In this document: piece after piece, positions 27,405 through 37,483 of the stretch | How the letters are laid out: every line of letters starts with the position of its first letter | How positions within the stretch are numbered: the first letter of the stretch is position 1 | Source of the DNA: an uncultured archaeon | Lineage (GTDB): Archaea > Asgardarchaeota > Lokiarchaeia > Sigyniarchaeales > SOKP01 | Assembly (NCBI GenBank): GCA_964508365.1 | Contig: CAZDTP010000018.1 | Location: 113-64,112, forward strand | Direction of reading: 5' to 3' | DNA length: 64,000 nt | Made by a program: the position numbers and the translations under genes | The notes under the pieces: generated by a model | Seen by the model: the letters and a program-made list of their open reading frames with translations, nothing else | The model's database searches: none | Told to the model about the DNA's origin: nothing

Positions 27405-28616
27405 TTAGGAGTATAACCTCGATTGAATCGCTTTGTCTTTTATCTTACTCATTACTTTATTTGCCGCTTCTATAAAATCTTCTTTAATAATCATTTCTGA
27501 GTTTTTTCTTATTGCGAACATTCCAGCTTCAGTACAAATAGCTTTAATATCTGCTCCAGTAGCACCTTCAGTTAAATCGACTAAATTCTTAAATTTAACC
27601 TCACCTTCAATGTTTAGTTTTCTTGAGTGTATATTAAAAATTGATTCTCTTGCTTTCTGATCAGGCACGGGAAAATCGATCATGCGATCAAACCTTCCTG
27701 GTCTTAATAAAGCAGGATCTAAGATATCAATTCGATTTGTAGCGCCAATTATCTTCACGTCTCCGCGTTCCTCAAATCCATCTAACTCACTTAGTAGTTG
27801 CATTAATGTTCGTTGAACTTCACGATCCCCAGAAGTTGCAATTTTTAATCTCTGAGACCCAATAGCGTCTAATTCGTCTATAAATAAAATTGTTGGGGCT
27901 TTCTGTTTAGCTAAATTAAAAACCTCTCTTACTAAACGAGCACCTTCCCCTATAAACTTTTGTACTAGTTCCGAACCTATAATCCTAATGAATGTCGCTT
28001 CTGTTTCGTGTGCAACGGCTTTTGCTACTAGAGTTTTCCCAGTTCCGGGTGGACCATAAAGTAAAACTCCTCTAGGGGGATCAATTCCTACCTTTTTAAA
28101 CAGATCTGGTTTTAATAGCGGTAATTCAACGGTTTCACGAACTTCCATAATTTGATCGTCTAGTCCGCCTACATCCTCGTACGATATATCTGGGACTGCA
28201 TCAATAACTTCCATTCCTTTAACAAAGGGATCTAACTTTGTTGGTAAAGTTTCCATTATAGCGAATGTTCTCTGATTTAATGCTACTCTCATCCCAGGAG
28301 TTAAACTCTCGTTTTTTACTTTCCTACTTGGGTTAACGACAAAGCTAGGACCAGTAGAGCTTTTTACGATTACTTTCCCGGAATCATCTAACATATCTAT
28401 TACAGTAGCTGTTACTAAAGGTGGTTCTCTTAACCTATCTATCTCATTTCGTAAGCTGCTTAACTCTTGTTCTAACCTCAAACGCTCAGCATCTAGTAAC
28501 TGTTTTTCAGTTTCTAAATTTCTCAACCTTTTTTCTAAATGTCTGGTATAGGTAATTAAATATTCTTCATCTTTTGTTTCTTCTTTTTTTTTTCTGCTTT
28601 CTTTGGTCGTTGTCAA
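27405..28616 (-). CDS. pan: Proteasome-activating nucleotidase (AAA+ Rpt-like ATPase)
   Basis: N-terminal coiled coil, Walker A GPPGTGKT, Walker B LFIDELD, second region of homology, and a C-terminal HbYX motif (LYS). Confidence 0.9.
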   Translation of the reverse strand: MTTTKESRKKKEETKDEEYLITYTRHLEKRLRNLETEKQLLDAERLRLEQELSSLRNEIDRLREPPLVTATVIDMLDDSGKVIVKSSTGPSFVVNPSRKVKNESLTPGMRVALNQRTFAIMETLPTKLDPFVKGMEVIDAVPDISYEDVGGLDDQIMEVRETVELPLLKPDLFKKVGIDPPRGVLLYGPPGTGKTLVAKAVAHETEATFIRIIGSELVQKFIGEGARLVREVFNLAKQKAPTILFIDELDAIGSQRLKIATSGDREVQRTLMQLLSELDGFEERGDVKIIGATNRIDILDPALLRPGRFDRMIDFPVPDQKARESIFNIHSRKLNIEGEVKFKNLVDLTEGATGADIKAICTEAGMFAIRKNSEMIIKEDFIEAANKVMSKIKDKAIQSRLYS

Positions 28617-28858
28617 GTGATTAAATCCCCATCTTAAACTTATTTTATTATTAAGCTACTACCTAAATTAATAATAACAATGTGTTCATATAAATTTAAG
28701 GTAATACGCTAATATCATAAAAAACTTGAGTTTTAAAAAATTTTTGGATTATAAATTATAACGAGCGTTGTCTATAAACCAAAAATTATAAGAGTTCTCT
28801 TTCCCAATCATAATATGTAGTTCCGTTCCTTGAAAATTAATGAAAGCATGGTTATTTT

Positions 28859-29395
28859 ATGTCGAAAAAAATGTCGAGTCAATTTGAGAAGGAATGCCCT
28901 ATATGTGGTGGAAAAATATGGGGGCGAGGGCAAAAAGTCTTAATAGAAGGAGCAAAAATCACTGTATGTCAAAGCTGTGCCCAGTACGGTGTTAAAATCA
29001 AAAATGAACCTATAACTAACGGCAAAGTCAAGCAGAACTATGCTAAACCTAAATCTCCTGCCAAGAAAAAGGAGTATAATAGAGAAATTGACGACGGTTT
29101 AGAAATAGTGTCAGACTATGGTACTAGGATTAGAGACGCTCGCAACTCTCGAGGATTGAATCAAGATCAATTTGCTCAAAAATTAAATGAAAAACCCTCC
29201 TTACTTCGGAGAATCGAAACAGGAAAAGTTGAACCCACAATTAAACTAGCCAAGAAAATTGAACAAGTGTATGAAATTACTCTAGTCAAAAAAGTAGACG
29301 AAATTGAGCCTAGTATCACGCAGAACAAATATATGAAGAAATCTAGCAGTTCCTCTTTAGGGGATATTGCCATGGTGAAGAGAAGAAAAAAATGA
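28859..29395 (+). CDS. mbf1: Archaeal multiprotein-bridging factor 1 (zinc ribbon plus XRE-type HTH)
   Basis: CPICGGKI...CQSCAQYG zinc ribbon, then the HTH IRDARNSRGLNQDQFAQKLNEKPSLLRRIE.G. Confidence 0.8.
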   Translation: MSKKMSSQFEKECPICGGKIWGRGQKVLIEGAKITVCQSCAQYGVKIKNEPITNGKVKQNYAKPKSPAKKKEYNREIDDGLEIVSDYGTRIRDARNSRGLNQDQFAQKLNEKPSLLRRIETGKVEPTIKLAKKIEQVYEITLVKKVDEIEPSITQNKYMKKSSSSSLGDIAMVKRRKK

Positions 29396-29515
29396 TAATC
29401 TAACAGCTTTAAATTTCTTAAAATCGAAAGTAAATTGTTAATTATTTTAAACTTAGCACACTGGTCTTATGATGGAAAGATTAAATTTAGAGTTCTAAGG
29501 AAAATCTAACTCAAT

Positions 29516-30097
29516 CTAATTAACTACTAAATCAAGATTTTCAATTAAAACAATTTTTTCTTTTAAAAATTGAATCAGTTCTTGATTATCTTGAGCTTCT
29601 AATGGATTACCACATTTGGGGCACTTAAAATTTAATTCAAAAGCTGTGTCAAAGTCAAATTTTAAGGTCGAATCTTGGCAATTTTTACATACAAAAAAGT
29701 AATTATTTTCCTCGAACTTTAACCGTTCCCTTAGTTTTGTCTCAATAAGTCTCTTTTTTTCCATTAGAATTTCTTCGAATAAGTCAAATTCATGCCACCA
29801 ATAATATATAAACCAACCCGTAGATTTATCGCGTATTCTCCTAAATTGAGCTAGTTTCCCATTATACAACTTGTAGAGTGTTTTACGAACTGTATTTAAT
29901 TTCAAAACTTCAAGACCGTCTTCTTCAAAACTTATTTCCGGATCTAAATTTTTTATGCGTGCTTTAATATTTTCCGTTATTCCTTCATCTGTGATATCTT
30001 TTTCTTCAGAATTCAATAATTCTATGCCAACCTCGATAGCGATATCTCCGCCTATAACGAATAAAAAGGTCCTTAATAATGGGCTTAAATCCTTCAT
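29516..30097 (-). CDS. tfe: Transcription factor E (TFIIE-alpha homolog)
   Basis: Winged-helix N-terminal domain and zinc ribbon CKNCQDS...CPKCGNPL. Confidence 0.7.
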   Translation of the reverse strand: MKDLSPLLRTFLFVIGGDIAIEVGIELLNSEEKDITDEGITENIKARIKNLDPEISFEEDGLEVLKLNTVRKTLYKLYNGKLAQFRRIRDKSTGWFIYYWWHEFDLFEEILMEKKRLIETKLRERLKFEENNYFFVCKNCQDSTLKFDFDTAFELNFKCPKCGNPLEAQDNQELIQFLKEKIVLIENLDLVVN

Positions 30098-30200
30098 TTT
30101 GTTCTGTCTCCTATGAGTTCACTATTCATTATAAATTTCAGTCTTTCATAAAAGTTAAATTTTGTGAAATGTATTGAAAAAGACCTAAGGTTCCATTTCA

Positions 30201-30998
30201 TTATACTACGATAGAATACTGTTTTTCGATAAGGTCGCCATCAATCTCAAGAGACCGAATCATCTTGCCTTTTCTTATCCCCATGATCCTTAATAATCGA
30301 GTATCTTTTACGTTTGTTGGAATCTCGATTTGGTTTATGTTATAATTGTTAAGTATTGTAAGTGATTTCCAATTATTTGGAAGTTCTGATTTAAAATCAG
30401 GGACTGTTAAATCTAACATCATTTCGAGATTAGCGTCTGTATTATTGAGCATTCCAGTGCAAAACTGTATTCTCTTGCTTATGTCGTCGTCTTCTACCTT
30501 TTTTTTAGACGGTTGAGGTATATTTTTTTTCGTGGTAACTCTGCAATTTGCATTTCTGTTATACGATAAAAGTAAATAGCTATTTTCTCGAAATACATCA
30601 ATAATTTGGAGCAACAAATCCTTATTTATTTGATCGACGATCTCTGCTTTATAATTTTTTGTTTTACCCGATGATTTTTTCAAAACCCAGTTTAAGCCTA
30701 ACTCTGATATGATTTTTGTCATATCGCTACCACTTATCAAATTTCCCCTAATCTCGAAAATCTCCTGAGAATTAGAAATTGTTTTTGTTACTATTTCTAA
30801 AATTAAATCTTCATATTCATGAGTACCTTTCATGGTGATTTTTGCTTTAGTTTTAGAGATTTTTAAAGCAGGGCCAATAAAAACCCCCTTAGAATACCGG
30901 TAAAAATGACGATGGATGTTCAAGTGCTGCCTAAAAGGATCTTCTAAAATGGGATTTTTCACTAGTTCGCTCAAAAAATGCATTTTTATATCAACCAT
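30201..30998 (-). CDS. Hypothetical protein (265 aa)
   Basis: Clean ORF with no recognisable motif. Confidence 0.5.
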   Translation of the reverse strand: MVDIKMHFLSELVKNPILEDPFRQHLNIHRHFYRYSKGVFIGPALKISKTKAKITMKGTHEYEDLILEIVTKTISNSQEIFEIRGNLISGSDMTKIISELGLNWVLKKSSGKTKNYKAEIVDQINKDLLLQIIDVFRENSYLLLSYNRNANCRVTTKKNIPQPSKKKVEDDDISKRIQFCTGMLNNTDANLEMMLDLTVPDFKSELPNNWKSLTILNNYNINQIEIPTNVKDTRLLRIMGIRKGKMIRSLEIDGDLIEKQYSIVV

Positions 30999-31077
30999 TT
31001 ATTTCTTTATTAATATAAATCTAAATATGATAATATTATTAGAAGATATCTTTAAATTTTAATTTATACAATAAGTA

Positions 31078-31965
31078 GTGAATAAAATCAAAGGAGTAGA
31101 CAATATAACTTCAAGTATCATTAAATATTTACTGACTAATTTAAAAGGCGATATTATTAGCATTTTTGGTATTGGGAGTTATTATGATAAAAATCTTCCA
31201 TCCAATTGGAGAAATACTGATATTGATGTAATTGTAATAGTAGCAACCTTGGATAAAATTACGAAACTCGATTGGACCGATGTTCGTTACGAACTTAGAA
31301 AATTTGATAGCCATAATGTATGGATAGGATATAACACTTTTCAAGGACTAAAAACAAAAAAGCTTTTCGTTCAGGAATCCTTCGCAAATTATGAATGGAG
31401 CCTATTGGATTTAAAATTTAAAGAAAATTCTCAACTTTTATACGGAGAAGATATTAGAGAACAAGTTCCAGACCCTTTTACTCTTGATTTTGATTATAAC
31501 GATATTTTAGCTAGATGCCTTTATCATTTGGATAAAAGTTTAAAAGAGAGCAAAATTCAGGAGAATTCTACACAAGCTATGAGAGAATTTACAAAAGCGG
31601 TATTTAAATTTGGATTCTATTTGTGCCTTTTCTTCAGCAAAAGGTACTATCTTACTTCAGTGCATAACATTTCATTACAACTTGATAAATTGTTATTGGA
31701 TAACGATATACAGAATTCCATGCTTAATTTCATGAATGAGTCTATGATTTATAGGAGAACAAATAAATTTTCTAAAAAATTCGAAATCCTAAGAAAAAAT
31801 TACATTTTATTTATGCTTTCTTTGCTTAGAAGTGGAATTCTTCATAGAAAGTATGAGTTTCGAGAGTTGTTGATATTTCTTAAAAATAAGTATAATGGTA
31901 TGCCGTATCTTATCTCTTACCTTAAAAAAGCAAAAAATGTATTTTATTCTTCTAAAATAAATTGA
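31078..31965 (+). CDS. Pol-beta-superfamily nucleotidyltransferase domain protein with a helical C-terminal domain
   Basis: FGIGSYYD...TDIDVIVIV, a G-S...D-x-D minimal NTase signature. Confidence 0.5.
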   Translation: MNKIKGVDNITSSIIKYLLTNLKGDIISIFGIGSYYDKNLPSNWRNTDIDVIVIVATLDKITKLDWTDVRYELRKFDSHNVWIGYNTFQGLKTKKLFVQESFANYEWSLLDLKFKENSQLLYGEDIREQVPDPFTLDFDYNDILARCLYHLDKSLKESKIQENSTQAMREFTKAVFKFGFYLCLFFSKRYYLTSVHNISLQLDKLLLDNDIQNSMLNFMNESMIYRRTNKFSKKFEILRKNYILFMLSLLRSGILHRKYEFRELLIFLKNKYNGMPYLISYLKKAKNVFYSSKIN

Positions 31966-32076
31966 CTTATTTTTTTATCCTCCCATTATCGACATGTTTA
32001 ATTTCAGATTGATAAAGTTAAAAAAAAATAAATTATAAGATCTTACTCAAACTACAAAAATATAATACGATTTTTA

Positions 32077-32304
32077 ATGTTATTTATATTACTACAAATC
32101 GACGGATTTCAAATTCCCTCATTATCTATATGGATATTAGCGTGGATTTTTCTCATAATTGGATTATTAGCTTTAACTACTTTAGTCGTTTATACAAGAT
32201 ACGGCAGAGAAATATCCATTAAACTCTCTATTATTTCAATAAGTATTTCTGCAGTTTTGTTGGGTTTTTCTCTCCACTTCTTCTTAATTACATTTGGGAT
32301 ATAA
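32077..32304 (+). CDS. Small membrane protein (75 aa)
   Basis: Two to three hydrophobic helices. Confidence 0.4.
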   Translation: MLFILLQIDGFQIPSLSIWILAWIFLIIGLLALTTLVVYTRYGREISIKLSIISISISAVLLGFSLHFFLITFGI

Positions 32305-32488
32305 TTCTGCTTGGCATAATTGAGGATTGACTTTCTTCTAATACAAATACGCTTATAAATATTGTTATGAGTTAACTCCTATCTCTTAAAAAATTAATAT
32401 TATATTTGTTAATATTTATAAAAGAAGGAGAGTATTTTTTCTTAATTTAAAAAAAAATAAATTTAACTCAATTAAAAGGAGAATAAAA

Positions 32489-32926
32489 ATGTTATTTCAA
32501 TTATCAGAACCCCTTTTATTTATATTATGGTTAATCCTGGCGACTGTCGTAGTATTTCTAATTATGTACATTGCTGTTCGGGTAGTTGTGTCAAAAACTA
32601 AAGCTTCAGACAAATGGGTTTTAATTCTCGTCTTAGCTTTCATTGCAGTTTTACTCCTTCCCGTGATCGTCAACGCAATTATGTTAGTGTTGAATGTAAT
32701 AGGCAATGCATTGGCTTCTTTAAGATCAGCGATTGATGGTGGAGGACATAACTTTCTTGGAAATTTTGCGCCAATAATATTCTTTCTATTACTGCTAGCT
32801 TTTACTAAATTCTTAGTTGATATTTCTTGGGAACATGCATTATGGGTTTCGCTCTTAACATTATTCATTTTATACATAATATATTCCCTGATTCCAGAAT
32901 TGTATTATTTTGTTCAATTCGGTTAA
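32489..32926 (+). CDS. Membrane protein (145 aa)
   Basis: Four hydrophobic helices. Strong SD (AAAGGAGAATAAAAATG). Confidence 0.55.
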   Translation: MLFQLSEPLLFILWLILATVVVFLIMYIAVRVVVSKTKASDKWVLILVLAFIAVLLLPVIVNAIMLVLNVIGNALASLRSAIDGGGHNFLGNFAPIIFFLLLLAFTKFLVDISWEHALWVSLLTLFILYIIYSLIPELYYFVQFG

Positions 32927-33008
32927 TTCAAAGACCCTATCTATTATTTTTTTCTTTATTTTTTAAACTGTACTAAAAGAAAATTAAAATAAAACCAGAG
33001 AAAAAAAA

Positions 33009-36000
33009 TTATATTTTTTCTTTCAATTTGAGCCTAGGAGCTAATCCAAGAGACATCATTTCTTGGAGAAGTAGTTTGAATGCATAAGAACATACAACCT
33101 TAGATATAACCGTTCCTTCCCCACATACCGGACAATATCTCTTATCTCTGTTTCTATCATAAACTGCAAGAAGCCCACACTTCTCGCAAACTAAGACGAC
33201 AGTTCTATCGGATTCATCAAGAAGCCTCTCCTTTAACAATAAAGCAGATCCATGCCCTACTAAGCAATCTCTTTCCATCTCGCCAAATCGTAATCCCCCT
33301 TCTCTTGCTCTGCCTTCTGTTGGTTGTCTTGTTAAGATTTGAACGGGTCCTCTCGCCCTAGCGTGGAGTTTATCAGCAACAAGATGATACAATTTTTGAT
33401 AATAAATTGGGGCGCAGTAGATTCCTGCTTCATATTTTTTACCAGTAATACCGTTATACATTACTTCTCTACCGTTAAATTCAAATCCCGCTTCAACCAA
33501 TTGTTCTTGGAGTTTTGTGATGTCTTTCCACTCGAAGGCAGTTGCATCACCTAATTTACCGGTTGCACATGCTATTTTACCGCTAATACCTTCAAAAAGT
33601 TGTCCAAGCGTCATTCGTGAAGGCATTGCATGAGGATTTACAATAATATCTGGAATCACACCTTTGGATGTGAAGGGCATATCTTCAGCTGGTTGAACTA
33701 ATCCAAGCACTCCTTTCTGCCCATGCCTGGAGGAAAATTTATCACCTAATTCTGGAATGCGTAAATCTCTGACTTTAATTTTTACCAGTTTATTTCCATC
33801 TACGGTTTCTGAAATTATAACCGTGTCGACGATGCCTTTTTCGTTATGGCGCATGTTTTTTGATGTTTCCCGTCTGTTAGGCTGCATCAATTCAAATTCT
33901 TCGTAAGATTTAATGAACCGAGGGGGTGAAGTTCTACCGATAAGGACATCACCGCCATTAACAGTAGTTTCAGGTTCGATAATGCCATCTTCTTCAGATA
34001 GCAATCTATAAGATTCAGCAGATTTAAACCCTCTTACGCCTCTCTCTGGTATCTCAAATTTATCTAATTCTCCTCCCGGATATTTTCTCTCTTCGGCGTC
34101 GTAAGTTCTAAAGAAGTGACTCCGAGCTAATCCTCGCTCGATGGAGGCTTTGTTAATTACTATAGCGTCTTCAATGTTGTATCCCTCAAAGCTCATCATC
34201 CCGATTATGAAATTCTGTCCAGCAGGTCTACGGTTAATTCCTATTATTTCCATAGGACTGGTTTTTACGAGCGCTTGTTGGGGGTAATGAAGTGTATGAC
34301 CCCGCGTATCAAGCCGTAGATGCATATTTGCCGCAAATAATCCTAAAGCTTGTTTAACCATTCCTGCTTCGTAAGTGTTTCGTGGAGACTGATTGTGTTC
34401 TGGAAATGGAATAATAGAAGCGCAAATTCCTAATATAGCTGCCGGGGAGATTTCTAAATGTGTGTGCTCAGCCGTTATATCTTCTTCAAACATCGCAATA
34501 TAGGCGTTCTCTTCTTCTTCTGCGTCTAAGTATTCTATAATGCCTTTCTGAATTAAATCTGACCAATTATACTTACTTTGCTTGAGTTTTTCAATATCTT
34601 CCTTTGTAATCAATAATTCCTTATTTTTGATGATAAATAAGGGACGCGTGGCTCGTCCAGCGTCACAATTAATCTGCACCTCTTTAGAATCGCGATAATA
34701 CCCAATATTAACATGTTGACCAATTTCACCTTTCCGTCTCTTTTCTCGAAGTTGATTTGTGAATGGGTTATATTTTTGATGAATCCCAACTAATTTTCCG
34801 TTTAGAAAAATGTTCACTTTTTCTCCTCTTACGCTTTTTACTTCGCTTATTGGAATTACTCCGAGATCAAATAATATATTTTCTATAATTCTTTCATCGG
34901 TACCAACGGAAATTATTGAAGCAAGTCCAAGATTTTTAACTAGCCCACAGTTTGGTCCTTCTGGTGTTTCTGCAGGACAAATCTTCCCCCACTGTGTAGG
35001 ATGCAAATCTCTCGCCTCAAAATGAGGTTGACTTCTGCTTAATGGAGATATAACTCTTCTTAAATGGCTCAAAGTTCCTACATGATTTGTTCGATTTAAT
35101 AATTGACTAACCCCAGCTTTTCCTCCAACCCAATTACCTGTTGCTAAAGCGTGTCTAATTCTTTCAGTAATTACATCTGCTCTCACAGCAGTTTTAATAT
35201 TAGGAGCTCGTCCTCGTACCGCGGTACGTTCTAATTGATATTTAATGTCTTTTACGAGGTTTAGAAACGCAACTCTGAAAAGAGAAGTGAATAATTCTCC
35301 AGCTAATTTCAACCTTTTATTAGCGTAATGGTCTTTATCATCCGCTTCTCGAAGTCCTAAGTTAAGTTCCATAACTTTTTGAGCCATCTGTCCTAAATAA
35401 TACGCTTTTTTTATACGGTCCTCTTCGGCATTTCCAACATGAGGTAAAAGATATCGATCTAAAACTTGAAGGGCTCTCCGAATACGATAATCTTTTGTTT
35501 GGCCAATGGCGACTCTTTTTCCAATATAATCTAATGAATTTTGTTGGGATTTCTCCGAGTCTCTTAAAACCTGGATTTCGGACGCAACATCTATAACTGG
35601 AATTAATTCTTTTTGAATATCTTCATTTTCCGAGATGGCTTCAAAAATTTCTTTGTCCGATTGTAATCCTAAAGCACGCATTAATATCGCGAGGGGAATC
35701 TTCCCAGGAACCGAGGGAAAAGAAACTCTTAAATTGCCATCTTTCTTTCTCTCAATAGTTACTGGTGCTCGAAATCCACTTCTCGTTGAAAAAACCTTTG
35801 CTTGGTGTGTAGCACTCGAGCTCCGACTTGCCTCTTCAGCTAAAATTCTATTAGGAGCTAAATCTTCTTGAGTCACTAGTACACGCTCAGTTCCATTAAT
35901 GATAAAATATCCTCCTGGATCAAGTGGATCTTCTCCTCGATTAACTAATTCTTGTTCAGTCAGATTTTCTAAAGGGCATCGACAACTTTTTAGCATTATA

Positions 36001-36380
36001 GGAATCTTACCAATATATATGTCTAAAGTTTCTTCTGCCTCCTCCCTTTGAGTTCGTTCATCTATAGTTATAGGTGTCATTTCTAGGATAATATCTGCTG
36101 CATAACTTAACTCTCGTATCCTAGCCTCAATGGGCGTGATTTCCATAGTAGCACCATCTGCTTCTCTAACTTTTGGTATTCCTACTTTAATCTTCCCGAA
36201 ATTGATTTTGAATCCCGGGATATCTGGTATTACTTCGCCAGATTCATCAACGATGTTTTGCATTTCTTCTTCAATAAAATTATTGTAAGAATCGAGGTGC
36301 TGGCGAACTAAACCTTTTTCGTCAAATAAGCTTTTTAACACGACCCACTTGTCGTTATTGGATAAATTTTCAGAACTCAA
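33009..36380 (-). CDS. rpoB: DNA-directed RNA polymerase subunit B (unsplit)
   Basis: 1123 aa with Rpb2-type motifs: GYFIINGTERV, PEHNQSPRNTY, SRHGQKGV, GEMERD, and the C-terminal zinc ribbon CEKCG...CPVCG. Confidence 0.95.
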   Translation of the reverse strand: MSSENLSNNDKWVVLKSLFDEKGLVRQHLDSYNNFIEEEMQNIVDESGEVIPDIPGFKINFGKIKVGIPKVREADGATMEITPIEARIRELSYAADIILEMTPITIDERTQREEAEETLDIYIGKIPIMLKSCRCPLENLTEQELVNRGEDPLDPGGYFIINGTERVLVTQEDLAPNRILAEEASRSSSATHQAKVFSTRSGFRAPVTIERKKDGNLRVSFPSVPGKIPLAILMRALGLQSDKEIFEAISENEDIQKELIPVIDVASEIQVLRDSEKSQQNSLDYIGKRVAIGQTKDYRIRRALQVLDRYLLPHVGNAEEDRIKKAYYLGQMAQKVMELNLGLREADDKDHYANKRLKLAGELFTSLFRVAFLNLVKDIKYQLERTAVRGRAPNIKTAVRADVITERIRHALATGNWVGGKAGVSQLLNRTNHVGTLSHLRRVISPLSRSQPHFEARDLHPTQWGKICPAETPEGPNCGLVKNLGLASIISVGTDERIIENILFDLGVIPISEVKSVRGEKVNIFLNGKLVGIHQKYNPFTNQLREKRRKGEIGQHVNIGYYRDSKEVQINCDAGRATRPLFIIKNKELLITKEDIEKLKQSKYNWSDLIQKGIIEYLDAEEEENAYIAMFEEDITAEHTHLEISPAAILGICASIIPFPEHNQSPRNTYEAGMVKQALGLFAANMHLRLDTRGHTLHYPQQALVKTSPMEIIGINRRPAGQNFIIGMMSFEGYNIEDAIVINKASIERGLARSHFFRTYDAEERKYPGGELDKFEIPERGVRGFKSAESYRLLSEEDGIIEPETTVNGGDVLIGRTSPPRFIKSYEEFELMQPNRRETSKNMRHNEKGIVDTVIISETVDGNKLVKIKVRDLRIPELGDKFSSRHGQKGVLGLVQPAEDMPFTSKGVIPDIIVNPHAMPSRMTLGQLFEGISGKIACATGKLGDATAFEWKDITKLQEQLVEAGFEFNGREVMYNGITGKKYEAGIYCAPIYYQKLYHLVADKLHARARGPVQILTRQPTEGRAREGGLRFGEMERDCLVGHGSALLLKERLLDESDRTVVLVCEKCGLLAVYDRNRDKRYCPVCGEGTVISKVVCSYAFKLLLQEMMSLGLAPRLKLKEKI

Positions 36381-36425
36381 TTTTGATTAACCTATTAAAA
36401 TATTATTTTTAATTATAAAGTTTTT

Positions 36426-36716
36426 CTACACTTTTTCTTTCTTGACATAACGGTAATAATTTATAAATTTTACTGTTGTATGAGATTCTCTTACAATCTT
36501 TATGATGTCTCCTTCTTTTGCGCCAATTGCGATTGAAACCGGGTCATTATCAAACATTTGGGGTAAATCAGAAATATTAATTTTGTATTTCTCTAATAAA
36601 TTCTGCGATTCTTCTTTCGTTAAAAGGTAATGTTTCGGGACTAGTTCATGAAGCAGAACATCTATTTTTCTTTTCTTTGTCAAAAAAAAATCATCTTTCC
36701 TCGCTAATTGTTTCAA
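36426..36716 (-). CDS. rpoH: RNA polymerase subunit H (Rpb5 homolog)
   Basis: HELVPKHYLL..EE...LL.KY.I....LP.....DPV....GAK.GD..KI.R.S. Sits directly upstream of rpoB. Confidence 0.85.
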   Translation of the reverse strand: MKQLARKDDFFLTKKRKIDVLLHELVPKHYLLTKEESQNLLEKYKINISDLPQMFDNDPVSIAIGAKEGDIIKIVRESHTTVKFINYYRYVKKEKV

Positions 36717-36828
36717 AAAATATTCTATTTCTAAAAAATTTTACCATTTTCATTATTATTCTATTAAATTTTTACAAATGCTAATCGTGGTATAGGTATT
36801 TTAAAAGAAGAAAACTTCAACATTTCCT

Positions 36829-37467
36829 CTAAATTGACACCAAACTGAAAATCCAATATCCTGATCTCTTAAAAGTCACATTTATTTTTTCATATAAACC
36901 TGAAAGATTTTGGATTAAATAATTGTAAATATAATTTGCTCCCATTTTTTTTCTTATTACAAATTGAAATTGTCCATTTCTTTTCAGAAACGATGGTATA
37001 TCTTTGCACAATGCGAGAAATTCTTTTCTGCCATTATTTAGTGGAGGATTCATATAAATCGCATCAAATTTTATATTTTTGTTTTGTAAAGGTTTAAAAT
37101 AACTACCATGCAATACTATTACTTTACCTGATCTTTCGGATAAATTATATCTTATGTTCTCCTTAGTGCACCAGAGTGCTCTTTTATTTGTATCAATTAA
37201 ATAAACAGAGCTTTGCGGATTCAAGTACGCTAGAACTATCCCTATAGCCCCATAACCACATCCTAAATCAAGTAAATGATCTCCTTTTTTTGGTAGAGTC
37301 ATGTGTTCAATAAACACTTTTGTACCCAAATCCAATTTTTTATAGGAAAAAATCCCCGTAACTGTTTTAAACAAGTACAAATGGCGATGGAGGCTCACTG
37401 GAACGGTAAAGACTTTAACTCCAACGTCAGGAAATTGCGAGGAATAGTGTTGGTTTTTTTTCTCCAT
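36829..37467 (-). CDS. Class I SAM-dependent methyltransferase (RsmC/MTS-type)
   Basis: LLDLGCGYGAIG SAM motif I and the MNPP motif. I place the start at internal ATG 37467 (MEKKNQ...), because the longer ORF to 37554 overlaps the cbf5 3' end. Confidence 0.65.
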   Translation of the reverse strand: MEKKNQHYSSQFPDVGVKVFTVPVSLHRHLYLFKTVTGIFSYKKLDLGTKVFIEHMTLPKKGDHLLDLGCGYGAIGIVLAYLNPQSSVYLIDTNKRALWCTKENIRYNLSERSGKVIVLHGSYFKPLQNKNIKFDAIYMNPPLNNGRKEFLALCKDIPSFLKRNGQFQFVIRKKMGANYIYNYLIQNLSGLYEKINVTFKRSGYWIFSLVSI

Positions 37468-37483
37468 GTTCGTCGATCTTTTC

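Noticed and set aside
33339-35871. Short + strand ORFs inside rpoB (33339-33554, 34810-35025, 35635-35871). Similar antisense ORFs occur inside nrdD, DP2, PAN, cdc6, rtcB, the membrane-EEP gene and others.
   Set aside because: These are shadow ORFs antisense to long genes with strong motif support.
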